Assembly: GCF_037042905.1 (NCBI RefSeq)
Contig: NC_087249.1
Span: 16,492,001-16,556,000, forward strand
Source of the DNA: Lytechinus pictus
Taxonomy: Eukaryota
Reading direction: 5' to 3'
DNA length: 64,000 bases
This document shows positions 50,717 through 64,000 of the stretch, piece by piece (the stretch's first letter is position 1; each line of letters starts with the position of its first letter). Made by a program: the position numbers and the translations under genes. The notes beneath the pieces are model-generated. The model saw only the letters and a program-made list of their open reading frames with translations. It was not told the DNA's origin and did no database searches.

Positions 50717-51725
50717 ATGGTGTGTATACCCTGCATTGTCATTCCACTTGTTTTGTGGGTATTTCACCGGTTTATTCAACCCTTTGTCAACCCGCTTTTA
50801 CCCGAGAGAGTCAAATCCTGGTTCAATTTCAACATGAGAATTTACGGAGTGACGCCTCCGAAAGGCTCCGCCGAAGCCGAAGGCACCGGCAGAGGCAGTG
50901 AAGCCGGAGACGGGCAATCGCAGAATCCAAATGGAACAGAGAAGGTTGGTGAAGGGAGAGAGAGAGATAGAGTCATATAGATGTAGCATAAAACATAAGC
51001 ATGATCTATGATTTGTGTATGGGGGGGGGGTCAACAGATAAATCTATAATAATCATTTTTGTGTGTGACTGTGATATCTGACTCTGAGTCTGAGAGTGAT
51101 AATTGATGAGATAAAACTAAGCTCTAGTCTGAGTCTGAGTATTAAAAGACGAAAACTTAAAGCCAAGCCCAAGGAAGGTGCTCTGGTGTCGATATGAGAT
51201 TGTGGACCCAGGCCCAGGGAACATGGTGATGACTTTCGGGAGCCTGGGGGTAATTGTTCCTTTGATCTTCACTAATAATAATTCTATTTCCTTGGTCAGG
51301 ATAATTTTTATACAACCAGTGCACCAAACAAAAATGGAATTTGATCATTTATTGAATCTCATATTATTTTATGTTCAATTGTTGATTTCAGTTATGTGTA
51401 GGCTCTACTAAAAAAGTACTATATTACTAGTACACTAAGTGATACAGATTCATGTATGGATATGGATATCTAGATAGTAGATACATAACACTTCATGAGA
51501 TGAGGTGGCAAATTAATTGTTTATTTAATTCCCCTTTATTCTGCTTTAGTCTTTCAAAATATGTGTCTTAAAGTTGTCTCTTACATGTATGTTTTGTTTC
51601 GTATTCTTCCCCTTGCCATACAGGAAAATGAATATAATCAAGAATCCACAACAAGAACTGGCTGCCCTTTCAAACCCAACAGTGTTCAAGCAACAACGGT
51701 TGGAGGTGATAAAAAGACTGACTAG
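50717..51725 (+). CDS. C18orf32: UPF0729 protein C18orf32 homologue, copy 1; join(50717..50944,51624..51725), 109 aa
   Basis: N-terminus MVCIPCIVIPLVLWVFHRFIQPF matches the family start MVCIPCIVIPVLLW as recalled. AAG/GTTGGT...CAG/GAA splice is in frame; ends GGDKKTD* (human ends DKKKD). Confidence 0.92.
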
Positions 51726-53823
51726 TCCTAGGTCCTCATTTCAGCTGATATTAAAGGACATTGTTTCAATATTTGTTGGATTATGATCACCACATAAATT
51801 CCCAGAAGAATAAGACCAGTCTCAACAGCAAGAATACATCTCCAGTGTTAAAGTGACTCTTGGCACCTTCGTTCTGGAGTCTTAACCATGCTGACTGGCT
51901 CAGTGTTGTTCAGATTCAACATTCACAAAGTCTAACAAAATTTAATGGTAAATAATTGCAATATTATATTGAAAGGATAATGGATGTGTTTGCAAATATT
52001 AATCCTTTCTTTTACATAGAAATTTATACTTTTAAGGGGAAAATAATTCCATATTGTTTTACTAGAAATGATTTTTTTTTGCAGAGCCCCATTTTACAAG
52101 GGGGTCAATTTTGGATTTACTTTTTATTATGATATCATTATGTTATTGTTTAGGAGTGTTTGTATAATGTCCATAGATAAATTATGCACAGGCTCCATAT
52201 TTTCTTTTATTCAAATCGACACTGGATATCTGGGCTAATATTTTGGCACCTTTGTGTACCTGGCGTTCGCACCTGTTAGCAGTGAACCTTGGGTGCCCCT
52301 GCCAAGCTACCATTGGGCTGATCATGAAAATTTCAGAAAGAGGTAAAAAAAAAAACCTGGTTCGTCTGCAAAATGGAGAAGTTTCCATGGCAACAGTGAG
52401 CCCAATGACTTATTTTGAAGGATCCCTTTCCTATCTGGTAGACTCCCTAATTCCTTTCTCTCTGATTCTGTTCATCCATTCAATGAGTAATGTTTCAGTT
52501 TAGATTTGTAATTTCTGTTGTCTACCAGTAACCAGATGTTATTGTCAATGATGCTGTTTAGTCCAAAAGGTGCATTACATTTTATTTTGAAATATTTCGT
52601 TTTCTGTATAAGTTTCTCTAATTTTCTCATACATGTATGTTTGCCCATTATTCCTTATCAATAATTTGTTATACATGTATGAAGACAGAGGGTGTTGCAA
52701 GACGATATTAGCAATCAATCGCAAATTTCAGGAGAAAATTTACAATTGATAGATCTTATTTACTAAAAACAAATCAATTTATATGTGTTGATACAAGAAG
52801 CAGACCTGTGATCAATTTAAATTTACAATTAATCACAAAACTTATGATTGATTTGGGGTCCTAAAATTTACCTTCGATTGAATGCAATATCTTGGAACAC
52901 CCCATTAAACTGTAATTTGAGGCCTATCATGAAAGATATCTCCTAATAATGTTAAACCTTTTCTGAATATTTTATTGATAAAGTGACACCAGCTATTTTG
53001 GGGGGGAGATGGGGCATTTTCCATGCTACCTAGATTTGAATGTAATATTGTTTAATAGTACATGTTTATGCATGTATACACATCTTTTGTAGTAGTTGTA
53101 GTAGGTCCAGTCCATGGTATATCCAAACGCTGTGGTTGCAAATTTTGTAGAGATTGAGGAAGCACAGTTATTATGAGCAAATAATAATTAATCAATTACA
53201 TGTAGTTTTAATCGGTTTCTCTAATGAAAAAATATGGCCACTTCAGAGAGAGGCTCAAATGTGGCCTTATGTAAGAAGCTAATTTTCAAATCATATTCAA
53301 GTCCCTTCTCTACACTCTGATGAGAAAACACTCTCAAGTGGAATGATTAGTAGTGTAATTCTGCCTAAGTCAAATCTTTTGAGACTACACAGTACACATA
53401 CCTGTTTGACTCAGAAGAAATTCAACTGAGAATTTTGAAACACATTTTAAATAATCTGGTCTAAGATATTGCTTTGATTTTACAGAAGGCCTGCTTTACC
53501 TGTAGTTGTCTTTTTAGGGGGGGGGGGCTACTTTGACAACTGTAACCCCCCCCCCCCCCCAGACACACATGTTTACCCACAGAGCACAGAAATACATGTT
53601 GGTGTGACGAGTGTATTCCTTGGTCCACCTTTATGTAAATAAGTGGTTTCTAGAAAATGTTTTATTGTGGATGTATTAGTTAAGGTCAGTTAGTTTATTC
53701 ATGTTTAGTCAATTCTATTTGAATTCATATGGGGCAAATCGAGACGTTTGCCAATTTTATTGAAATATGTGTATACTTATTCATACATGGTGTTGTCATG
53801 ATGATTGTGTGTCTGTGCGTTGA

Positions 53824-53829
53824 AATAAA
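53824..53829 (+). terminator. Probable polyadenylation signal of C18orf32 copy 1
   Basis: AATAAA near the end of the homology with copy 2, followed by a T-rich tract; same context as 59873. Confidence 0.5.
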
Positions 53830-55481
53830 AGTATTTATCTTTATCAAAATTGATTTATTAATTGTATTTGTTTTCCATATCTCATTCTTGTTTCCGTGTT
53901 TAGTGGTTCACAAATTCACTTTGATTAGGTTACTACTGTCACAGAAATCTCCAAGGCAAAGTTCAACCAAAAAATGAGTTGACTTTAATATATAGCGACG
54001 AATCAGGCCAGGAAAACTGGAAGTAAAATAAGAAAGTAATGACATTAAAACATTTCCCTTACAATTTTTTCACAAAACATTTATACATGTATGAACATCA
54101 GAGTGACATGCAAATGGCATGGTCGATGATGTCACTACCACAATGACACCTGTTCAGAGATCAAACTTTTTTTTCCAAATTTAATTTGGTACAAGAGGCG
54201 ACAATAGTTTTTAGGATATTGGATTCAGTTTTGTGACATTAGAACAAGTGATAGTTCAGTTTTAGTCCTGTACTCCTTTTTATTCCTTCTTTGATTTATT
54301 ATCATGGGAAGTTGTGATTCCTTCAAGGTATTTTTCTTCCCTCCTCATTTTCCTTTCTACCCTCCTTTTTGCGGGGGGGGGGGGGGGAGGCAACGCCCGT
54401 GGATAGATCCTTTCAAACTTCATTTTTTTTCTCATTTATTTTCCATTCCCTTGTGGAAAAAAGACGAGAATATTTTTTTATTATTTTTTTCAAAGAGTTA
54501 CAAAAAAGTTTCACGAGCCCTCGCTGCACACAAATAACTGCCCATTATGACTTTACTTTACCCTGTTTACGTTTCTCCCCCCCCCCCCCCTCTCTCTATC
54601 CTTTCACTTATTTTCCTCTTTTTCCCTCTCCATTTTTGTGCCTTGGCCGACCATTTTCCTTCTTTTTCTTTCCCTCTTCCATTTCTTTCTTTAATTACTC
54701 TTCCTCTCTCTTTCCGTAATTTCTCCCCTCTTCCGTTTCCTTTCTTAAAATTGTTTCCTGTTCAATCTATCTCTTTGCTTTTCATTATTTCCTCTATATC
54801 CCTTACGTTTATTTCTCTCACGGTTCCATGATCCCCTTCCTTTCTTCTTCTTCTTCCTATATAAGTACATACCACCTGTGGTGTATTGTCGTACTGTATT
54901 GTGGACTTGAATGCTGAGTGCTGAGTATCCACCGTTGAAGTTGTGGTAAAAAAAAGCCAACATATATATAATATTTACATATTTACAAACAAATGCAGAC
55001 TAACATAGTCTGACATGTTGCACCTCACTCTTGAATATGTTTGCTGAGGTGCTGTCTACGACGTCCTGAGGTAGGGAATTCCATAACCTTTCTTTTTTTT
55101 AGGTCAGGTTTATAAAGGGGGACGCGGGCTGGACGTGCCCCCCCCCCCCCCCCCCGCATCTGGATCCGCCACTGGACGGTATATAATGGGATAATCTCTG
55201 AGAAAAACCATAAATTAATGCCCTTTGGCGGAGGGGGGGGGGGGCACTTATCTGAATTCAGATCAGTGGGTGGCGCGGTATAGGACAAACAAGAAAAGAA
55301 AATCAACACTGGCTGAATACCACCTACAGTCAGGATGCTGCTCCGCCGGGGGGCCGGCCGGGGGCGGATATACGTAGCTCGCACTACTTATGCGAGTTAG
55401 AAATCTACACGTAGCTCTCTCCGTATGGTTCATACGTCGTCCGTTGTTTGCTTCTAATTTGGAGACAGTTCCTCGATAATC

Positions 55482-56593
55482 ATGGTGTGTTGTCCCTGCT
55501 TTCTCGTTCCTCTTATTTTGTGGATATTTTACCGGTTTATTCAACCCTTTGTCAACCCACTTTTGCCCGAAAGAGTCAAATCCTGGTTCAATTTCGGAGT
55601 GACGAAAGGCTCCGCCGTAGCGGGCGAAGGCTGCTGTGAAGCTGAGGCTGTGCAATCACAGAATCAACATGGAACAGGAAAGGTTGGTGGTGATATATAC
55701 AAGAAAAAAAAGAAACTTATGATGAATCTAATTTAACGTGTAATATCTCTGCACTTTTTATCATTACTTTTTCTGTTTTAAGATGATGCAACCATGGAAA
55801 TTGGAATTCGTAAGTTTTCTATAACAAACAAGTTGACTGGGTATGACTATGATGTCAACTCCTATTCCTAATTTTAAAAGCTCAGCCTTCAGTCTCTGTA
55901 GGGGAGATCGGGGTGAGTTGGAACGCGGGGTATGTTGAAACATTGTTATTTTCTTTAACGCCTGTAAAATAAATTTATGCAATACTGCCCTCAATTTATT
56001 GCTATTAATAACACAACAGTGTTGTATTAATTATTAGGCCTAATATTAGCAATAAATTGAGGGCAGTATTGCATAAATTTATTTTACAGGCGTTAAAGAA
56101 AATTACAATGTTTCAACTCACCACGCGTTCCAACTCACCCCGATCTCCACTACTATTGGGTTTTCTGCAGAACTACATAATAAAATTCAGAAATTGTTAA
56201 ATAAATCCCCAGAAAGCATGGTTATTCCTGTCTAATCACATTCACAACCATTACAACTGTTCATGTAAATTGTATTAAATTGTTGATTGTTAAGTGAAAG
56301 GCATTGGAAGCTCAATTTCTAAATTGATGTCATTAAGTTCTTTTTCTTCCATTTGTATAATGCATGCCTCTTGTCGAATATGGTTGTACCATGGAGCTAA
56401 TAGCTCTATGGTTGTACTTGAAGAGTTGAAGCTTTATCAAGGGAATATGTTAAATGGTTTTTCATGATTGTTTTTCCATCTCCAGGAAAATGAGCGTACC
56501 GGTAATCAAGAATCCACAATGAAAACTGGTTGCCCTTTCAAACCTATTAGTGTTCAAGCAACAACGGTCGGAGGTGATAAAAAGACTGACTAG
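55482..56593 (+). CDS. C18orf32: UPF0729 protein C18orf32 homologue, copy 2; join(55482..55682,56486..56593), 102 aa
   Basis: MVCCPCFLVPLILWIFYRFIQPFVNPLLPERVKSWFNF; same intron position and phase as copy 1; ends GGDKKTD*; only in-frame indels versus copy 1. Confidence 0.88.
55898..56153. mobile_element. Palindromic MITE in the intron of C18orf32 copy 2
   Basis: GTAGGGGAGATCGGGGTGAGTTGGAACGCG / CGCGTTCCAACTCACCCCGATCTCCACTAC; ~110-bp arms. Confidence 0.8.
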
Positions 56594-58943
56594 TCCTTAC
56601 TCCCAGGTCCTCTCTCTTAAGCTGATATCAAAGGACAATTTTGTTGAATCGTGATTCGTGATCAACATGTGAATTCCAAGAAGAATGAGACCATTAAGAC
56701 AGCAAGAACTCAGACATGGATGAGCTGTTCTGGACTTGGACTTAAACCTTTGTATTTGGATGCATGTTATGTCTTCTTCTAGGTTAGATGGTCTTGGTGG
56801 GTCAGCATCACACTTGCACTTCACTGGTTCACATCTCCAATACCTATCCCACCTTTTTTTTAAAGTTGTGGACACTGGGTGCATTCACTAAACCACCAGC
56901 ATAATGTTATAAAAGATATATTATTGGTGCCTTTGAACCTACATAGTCATAAACATACTACCGGACTAGTACCGGTAAGTAACTTGATCAGTCATTATCA
57001 CATTTTCACACCCCAAATCAACATCCATTTTCCCTCTTTTTTTTTTATTGTTTATTTATGAAGAGCCCCACACAAATCTTGAAAAGGGGGTAAATTAATT
57101 ACTTGGAGGGGATGTCTGTACAAGTATGCACAGGCTCCATTTTTCCTTCAAAAAGAAAACTGGATATCTGGGATTTTTTTTTTTTTTTGGGGGGGTGGGG
57201 TGGCACCTACATGTACTTGTAAGGGGCTTCGCACCTGTTAGCCATGAACCCTGGGTGCACCTGCCAATCTACCATTACAATGGTGGCCGTTTTTACAAAC
57301 TCAATGTGGAGTAGGAGTCTCTGGTTTGTGCGCAAAAGGGAGAAGTTTCCTTGGTAAAAGACGGCTGGGTTGAATCTGATAGTACTGGTAATACACCTAT
57401 AGGCTTTTGCCAGACGACTAGAATGCTTGATGTTCCATAGAGGCAACAGCCAATCAGCGTGCTCCATGCTTGCACTATGCAGTGCTTTCCTTCACCCTGA
57501 GGTCACAAAAATGGTTATAATTGTTAATACATTTAATTCAAGAATTTGTATGAGGGATTGGAAGGTGTGCTGAAACAGAGATTTAATAGTATTACTTTAC
57601 CTCATGTGTCATAAGATTGACTTTTATTCTGCATAATCATATTAGAAATATGAATTGTTTTTATTTTATTCCACTATGTAATGGAACTATTTTTCCCTTA
57701 GAAATATTTATTTTAGATGCATCCAATTCTATTATATTTACTGTACAGATTTTAGAAAAAATCTATAATTTTTATATATATATATCTACCATATATTAAG
57801 GAGAAGACTGATGTCATTTTTTTTTCTGATTAGGTTTTTACTTAAAATGATTGTGCTTGCATTGTTTTTATATTTGCAATTCAACCCAACCCTAGCCATG
57901 TTAGTGGTCGTAATAAAGTCTCAATTACTTGCCAGTAATCCAAATTTATTTCATACAAAATGACTTGTTCAACAGTGTATTTTTTCAACTTTTAGAAAAT
58001 AGTTTATCTCAAAAAAAATATTTGATTTCTGTAAATGGTAATAGTAGCTGGTACATTCCAGGCACTAGTTGGATTCTTGTGATTTTTTTAATGCAGCAGT
58101 AAAATTTACAGTCATTTGATCAATTGTTCATGATCACTTTCCATCCCTTCTCTTCCCATTCAATCATCCTTTACATTGTATGTGTACGTGTATGAATACC
58201 TTAATACACAGTATAGTGATTTCTGTTATTATTGTTTAGTTCAAGACATGCGTTACATTTTAAAATGGTTTGTTTTAGGTTTTGTCCCCTTTTTCCTCGC
58301 TGTACGCAATGCGTACTACGCATTATATTCTAAATACTGTAAAACAGGGATTGAATAAATTCTGTAATAGGATAACTTTTAAGCGTAGATTTCTTTGTAT
58401 CATTTACATGGTGTTTAAAGGTTAACAACATCTTTCCTTGATATTTATGAGACTGATCTAGAAACAAAACTCAGTTGTCATAGAAGGTAATGATCTCTGA
58501 TTCTCTGATTAAATGTATTGTATTTCTCATTCATGTAACCGTGCATGAACTGTATTTAGAAACTGATAAAACATAGCAGTAGCAGCAGCAGAGAACAATT
58601 TGATAAGACTTAAATTGGAACTGTCTTATGCATAGACAGATGTATACCGGGTATTGTTTGCTTTTGAAAAATGTTGTTTATTCAAGTCTCTTAATTTATA
58701 CATGGAGCTATTATCTCCATGATTTATGTGTGCTGCAGTCACTTTGTAGGTTCTAATACACATTACAGTATAATATTATTGTTCCAATGTTAAAATATTA
58801 TGAACAAATAGTAATTAGGAAGCATTCTCTTATAAAGGGAAACATACATGTATGACCACTTCCAAGACATTGAAATGAAGTAGCCTTTATGTAAGAAACT
58901 AATTTCACATCAAATTGAATTTCTTTTGTGTATATATAGTTAA

Positions 58944-59527
58944 AGGGATGGTCCGGGCTGAAAATATTTATTATATCTTAATACATAGAGTAGAATTCAC
59001 TGAGCAAAATGTCGAAAATTTCATCAAAATCGGATAACAAATAATAAAGTTATTGAAGTTTAAAGTTTAGCAATATTTTGTGAAAACAGTCGTCATGAAT
59101 ATTCATTAGGTGGGCTGATGATGTCACATCTCCACTTTCCGTTTTCTTATGACTTGTTATTAAATAAAATCAAAATTTTTTCATTATTTCATACTTGTGT
59201 GAATAATATGTCTCCTTTCATAATGAAATAAGTTGCAGCAATAAATATCTAATGCACTAAATTAGTTGTCAATCCAATTTTTCTAGTTCTTGGAGGAAAA
59301 AATTTGAATAAACCTAATTTCATATGATAAAATACAAAAGAACAAGTGGGGATGTGACATCATCAGCCCACCTAATGAATATTCATGACGACTGTTTTCA
59401 CAAAATATTGCTTAACTTTAAAATTCAATAACTTTGTTATCTGATTTTGATGAAATTTTCAGCATTTTGCTCAGTGAATTCTACTCTATTTATTAAGCTA
59501 TAAATACTTACAGCCCGGACCATCCCT
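58944..59527. mobile_element. TTAA-TSD foldback MITE in the probable 3' UTR of C18orf32 copy 2
   Basis: TTAA|AGGGATGGTCCGGGCTG ... CAGCCCGGACCATCCCT|TTAA; ~190-bp TIRs; inverted relative to the 40982 copy. Confidence 0.88.
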
Positions 59528-59872
59528 TTAAATGAAAAAGCACTAGCAATTTCTTCTCATTTGGAGGGGGGGGGGGGTTAAACTAGGAAATCTAAGTCTC
59601 GCTGTTTTGCAACTTCCCCAAACCAGCCCCCTTCCTGGGTACACACATACACAATGCCCATAGAGTACACAAAATAAGGAATTAACATTGTGTATTTCTT
59701 TGTTTACCTAGGTAACACTTCGTCTGTAAAGCATGTTTTAATGTATTAAGTTAAAAAGTTTAGTGTATTCATCATTATTTTTATTTTGCAGTTAGAGATA
59801 CAATTTATTGAACATGTGTATTTATACCTATTTATACCTGTATAAATGACTTGTTGGTCTTGTCATGATAAT

Positions 59873-59878
59873 AATAAA
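59873..59878 (+). terminator. Probable polyadenylation signal of C18orf32 copy 2
   Basis: AATAAAA-xATTTATCTTT context is shared with the copy 1 signal. Confidence 0.5.
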
Positions 59879-62319
59879 ACATTTATCTTTCTTTATAAAT
59901 ATTGATTTGTAAGTATACATTATATTTGTTGGTGGCACAGGGGGGGGGGGCTGCCATTCAGAGTTTACCCTAAAGAATTTAACTTTTCATGTTCCCCACC
60001 GTAAATATTGCCTCAAAATATTATTTTGTTAATGAAAGGGTGAAATATATACCCTTTTCACAATATCCAGGGTTGAAAAGTATACTTTTTTCTAAGTTAA
60101 GTAATTTTGATACCATATTCATACATCGCCCTGCCATTCGGAAAATAACATTTTTGTTATACATTCTTTCTTGGATGAGCAAGGTGTTCTTGTATTGTAA
60201 TGGCCCCCTGGATCACATATTCAAAATGCTTGACAATATTTTTTATAACCATTTCATTTTCATGTTTAATAGGCCTACCCATCAGTCCTCGATTGGTGTT
60301 ATTCGTATACAGTGGGGCTAAAAAGTTAGCAAACCCCACCAGAAAATGATAAAATTCTGCCATCTTTTAGATATTTAATTGTGAAGTCATGTGACAAAAT
60401 ATTACATACTATGTAGTTGGTTTCTCCGGGATCGCCGGATTTTGTAGCGTTGTTGTCTACGTTAAAGCCAATGAGTGCATTTTCTGGTGGGGTTCACTGA
60501 CTTTTTAGTACCCCTGTAGATGAGGCCACGTGATTTCTCTTCACGATATAAAGGGGAACAAGAATTACATGAATTAAGAAGGGAGCTTGTGTTGTTACTC
60601 AATACTGGCGTTTCATTTAGTTGTACGGGAGTACAACTTCTACTTTCAAGAGCGATATTTTCACATCTAGAGACCTTTGAACGTAATAAAAGGTATCATG
60701 GCAGGGAATAGGGTTTTAATGTCAAAGGTACAAACCCCCTTTTAGTGTGGTGACCAGGAATATAATTTTTGAAGTAAAACCTAGCATTTTGATTACTTTA
60801 TTATGTACTTCCAAATAAATGCGAATCTACAACATCTTTAATGTGATAATCAACATTTAGGCTAAAACAGAACATGACCCATGGGGTCATTGCCCTGTAT
60901 AGTGGTGGGGAGGGAGGGGCGATAGCCCCCATGGAAATATTGGTGCCGGGACAAAAATATCGACTTGCTCCTCCATCAATTAAGACAACTTGAAAAAAAT
61001 GTATAGCTTTCAATGCAAACATTTTGAAAAAGCGTCTGAAAACAATTCTAAAACTATATTTGACATAAAAGTATTATTAAATATACAAAATTGTCAAGTT
61101 TGACGCTCTTCATTTGCAAACATTCTGTGTTAATATCTGGCGCGCAGACCGCGCCGAAAATTTTGGATATTTTGTCACCCAACCCCCCCCCCCCCCCCAA
61201 TCGAAACATGTATCGACATCCCTAACTTTAAAGTATACATTTTTCCAAATAACTTTAGACTCAATTAGGGAGAATATAGCAACTTAACTATATTCTTTAA
61301 AAAAATATTCATCCTAAAGAATGAAAAAAATAGTAGAGCGCTTTTGACAAAAAAAATACATTTAGAGTTAAAACTTGAATTTTGCGGCATTAGTAATTCG
61401 TGTTGTGTGAAGTTAAGGACTAGGGGAGTAAATTTGAGAATATAAAAAAAATAAAAAGTTGCTATGCATTCTGCTGCATTGGGGGGGATCGTTGACTTAC
61501 CTTACCCGGCACTCGCACTTTAGAGAACATTAATGTCCTCTGCATTTAGTAGATGGCATTTTGCGACTGAGTGAAAAATTAATGTTCGAATTTGAATAGT
61601 AAAACCTTTAATTTTAGAGACATGAATAAAAAACTGCATTGCTCAAGACATATACAGGCATTCCGACATGCATATAGGGCTTACATTATATATCTTCCTT
61701 TTTTCTTCGTGGTCGAAATTTTTTTATCTTTTTTTTTTTTTTTTTTTTTGAGGGGGGGGGGGTCTGTCCCAAAAGCTCCCCTAGAACCGCGCCTGCAACT
61801 GACACAATGGAATATACAAATGATGCACAGGTCAGAGTGGGTTCAGGAACTGTATGCACAAGGTGAATTTGTGGAGCGGCTAAACCCACGAGACGCTGCC
61901 GAGTGCACGTACTGTGGTAACAAAGTCCATGCAAACTTCTCGGTCCCAACCGATCAGATTACAGGGAATTTATCAGCCATCGCTTATTTCCAAATAGCAC
62001 ATTTCTTTCATTCCTTCGCAGTAGCAAAGAATAAAAAAGAGTATCTGCTTAAAATCTAATAGAAGTTATAAAATAACATTGACTGGAAAATAATATGACT
62101 TACAAACTTGTACTTTGGTTAGTGAAAGATAGTTAAAAGGGGGACCTTGCGTAAAAAAGGACGAGATTAATCATGCGCGTATTCTGGGGGGGGGGGGGGC
62201 TCGGGGCCCGGGCCCCCCGGGTAGGCGAAAAGGGGGCGCAAAAAAAGATATGGAAAGAATGGGGAAGAGGAGGGAAAGAAGAAGAGAAAAAGGGGGAAAT
62301 AAATTTTAAGGCAGAATAT

Positions 62320-63080
62320 CAAAAATTTTCACCTCGCAAATTTCTTAGTTAAATCGCAATCCTGTTCATGATTACCAAAAGTGCTTGGAATGTCCAAATT
62401 TTAGGTCAGAATATCAAATAATTTTTTCAGCTCGCGCTTCACGCTCGCACTATTGTTTAAACAGACTGGATAGCCATCATCCCGTTCATGGATACAAAAT
62501 GTGCTTAGAATGTCGGAGTATCAAAAAATGTTATGCTAGCCATTTGCACTCGCATAATATATGATTTGTTAGATACCCATCCTGTTCATGATCACCAATA
62601 GTGCTCAGAGTGTCAAAATTTGAGGTCAGAATATCAAAAATGTTCAGCTAACGCTTCGCGCTCTCATCCATTGTATTTATAGATACCCATCCTATTCACG
62701 GTTACAAAATGTGCTTTGAATGTCCAGTTTTGGGTCGGAATATGAAAACTTTTAAGCTCGCGCTTTGCGCTGGAATAAAATGATTTGTTAGATACCCATC
62801 CTGTTAATGATTAACTAGTTGATGTCCTTATCAATTTTTTCAGCTCGCGCTTCGCATCAATTATTTAGATAGATAACCATCCTGTTCATGGTTACAAAAA
62901 GTGTTGAAAATGCCCAGTTTTGGGTCGGAAATTCAAAAATTATCAGCTCGCGCTTCGCGCTCGTATAAAATGTTGAGATAGATACCCATCCTGTTCTTGA
63001 TTAACAAAAGTGCTTATAGATTTTCCAAATTTGAGGTCAGCATATCAATTTTTTCAACTCGTGTTCGTGCTCGCATCAAT
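62320..63080 (-). repeat. Related ~110-bp satellite in reverse orientation, inside a GC-terminated element (~62172-63163)
   Basis: GCTCGCGCTTCGCGCTCGC and CCATCCTGTTCATGAT units. Confidence 0.82.
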
Positions 63081-64000
63081 GATATTGTTTAGGTATTACA
63101 TTTGCACTATGATGAAAATATCTCCCCCCCCCCCCCCATTGACGAAAGCTGGATCCGCCCCTGGTACCGAAATTACAGCTCCCGCACACATGATTTTAGT
63201 AGGGCCTACCACTCTGATGAGAAAAGTTAAGCCAAATTGAACCCCCAAAGTGTTTTATGCTTTCTGGTTGCATTTATTCTTTAAAAAAAGTGGTATTACA
63301 ATATATTCATGGATTTTTTTTTTTTGCATTCATGAAAACATAAAAAAGTGATCTTCGATTGCCTTTTTTTCACGTTATTATGACATAAGATAATGCAACA
63401 TGCATTTAAGGTACCTATAATTGCCTGGCGGGGGGGGGGGCGCCATTATCCGAAAAGATCACAGGGGCGCCAAAATTAGGTCTGGCCCCCTCGGTGCAAA
63501 ATACGCACCTGTTCAAGGACAAGTGCACACAACAGAAAATTAGTTTGAATAAAAAGATAAAAATCAAAGAAGCATAACACTGAAAAATTCATCAAAATCG
63601 GGTGTAAAATAAGAAATTTTAAAAATTTGATTAATTTCACAAAATAGCATATGAGGAGACTGATGACATCATCCACTAACCATTTCTTTTGTATTTCGTT
63701 ACATGGAATATGAAATATTCTAAATTTTCTCACATTGTCATGTGAAACAAGGTTTTTTTAATTCCTGAACATGACTTGCGTAAATAACATTGTTTTAACA
63801 TTTTGTGGTTAAAATAAGTGGGTCCTTATTGTCAGATCTGTAAAAAATGAAATATTGTATAATAAAACAAAATTACAAAAAATAGTGAGTGAGAGACATC
63901 ATCGACTCACTCATTCATATCACTGAGTTGTGCATGTAACTTTTGTTTGAAAAATGAGTTAAACTTTCATTTCATTTATTTCCATATTCAATTAAAAACA

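Noticed and set aside
50945-50980. Single-exon reading of C18orf32 as given by the ORF track (87 aa and 84 aa)
   Set aside because: A donor shared by both copies and a conserved second exon ending DKKTD* explain the gene better
57126-57475. Coding-like segment downstream of C18orf32 copy 2, partly shared with 52183-52390
   Set aside because: Has an in-frame stop and the frame is not conserved between paralogues; treated as UTR or repeat homology
61592-62059. 155-aa ORF containing CxxC (ECTYCGNK)
   Set aside because: Begins in low-complexity T/G runs, has no recognisable family and no supporting exon structure; BLAST or RNA-seq would be needed

Overview
AT-rich, repeat-dense eukaryotic genomic DNA. 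The repeat families and protein similarity suggest an invertebrate deuterostome, probably a sea urchin; this is inference. Bases 1-42553 carry the 5' part of an NBAS (neuroblastoma-amplified sequence, Sec39-like) orthologue on the minus strand. I traced 36 phase-consistent GT-AG coding exons (3954 nt, 1318 codons), and the gene continues beyond the left edge. Divergently, 50717-59900 holds two intact tandem paralogues of the small two-coding-exon gene C18orf32 (UPF0729 family). Introns and intergenic DNA contain tRNA-derived SINEs, L2 and RTE LINE fragments, and a 4.1-kb Mutator-like element with a 9-bp TSD and a decayed spliced FLYWCH-MULE transposase. They also contain nested hAT and TTAA-type MITEs, a DINE-1/HINE-like element and a ~108-bp satellite. 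The most unusual structure surrounds NBAS exon 25. A 510-bp tandem duplication preserves both the filled and the empty site of an L2 insertion and creates an identical decoy acceptor with a candidate 37-nt poison exon. A ~125-bp array built from the same exon's donor lies just downstream. I found no prokaryotic-type system (CRISPR, defence island etc.). Family assignments come from recalled motifs, not database searches.
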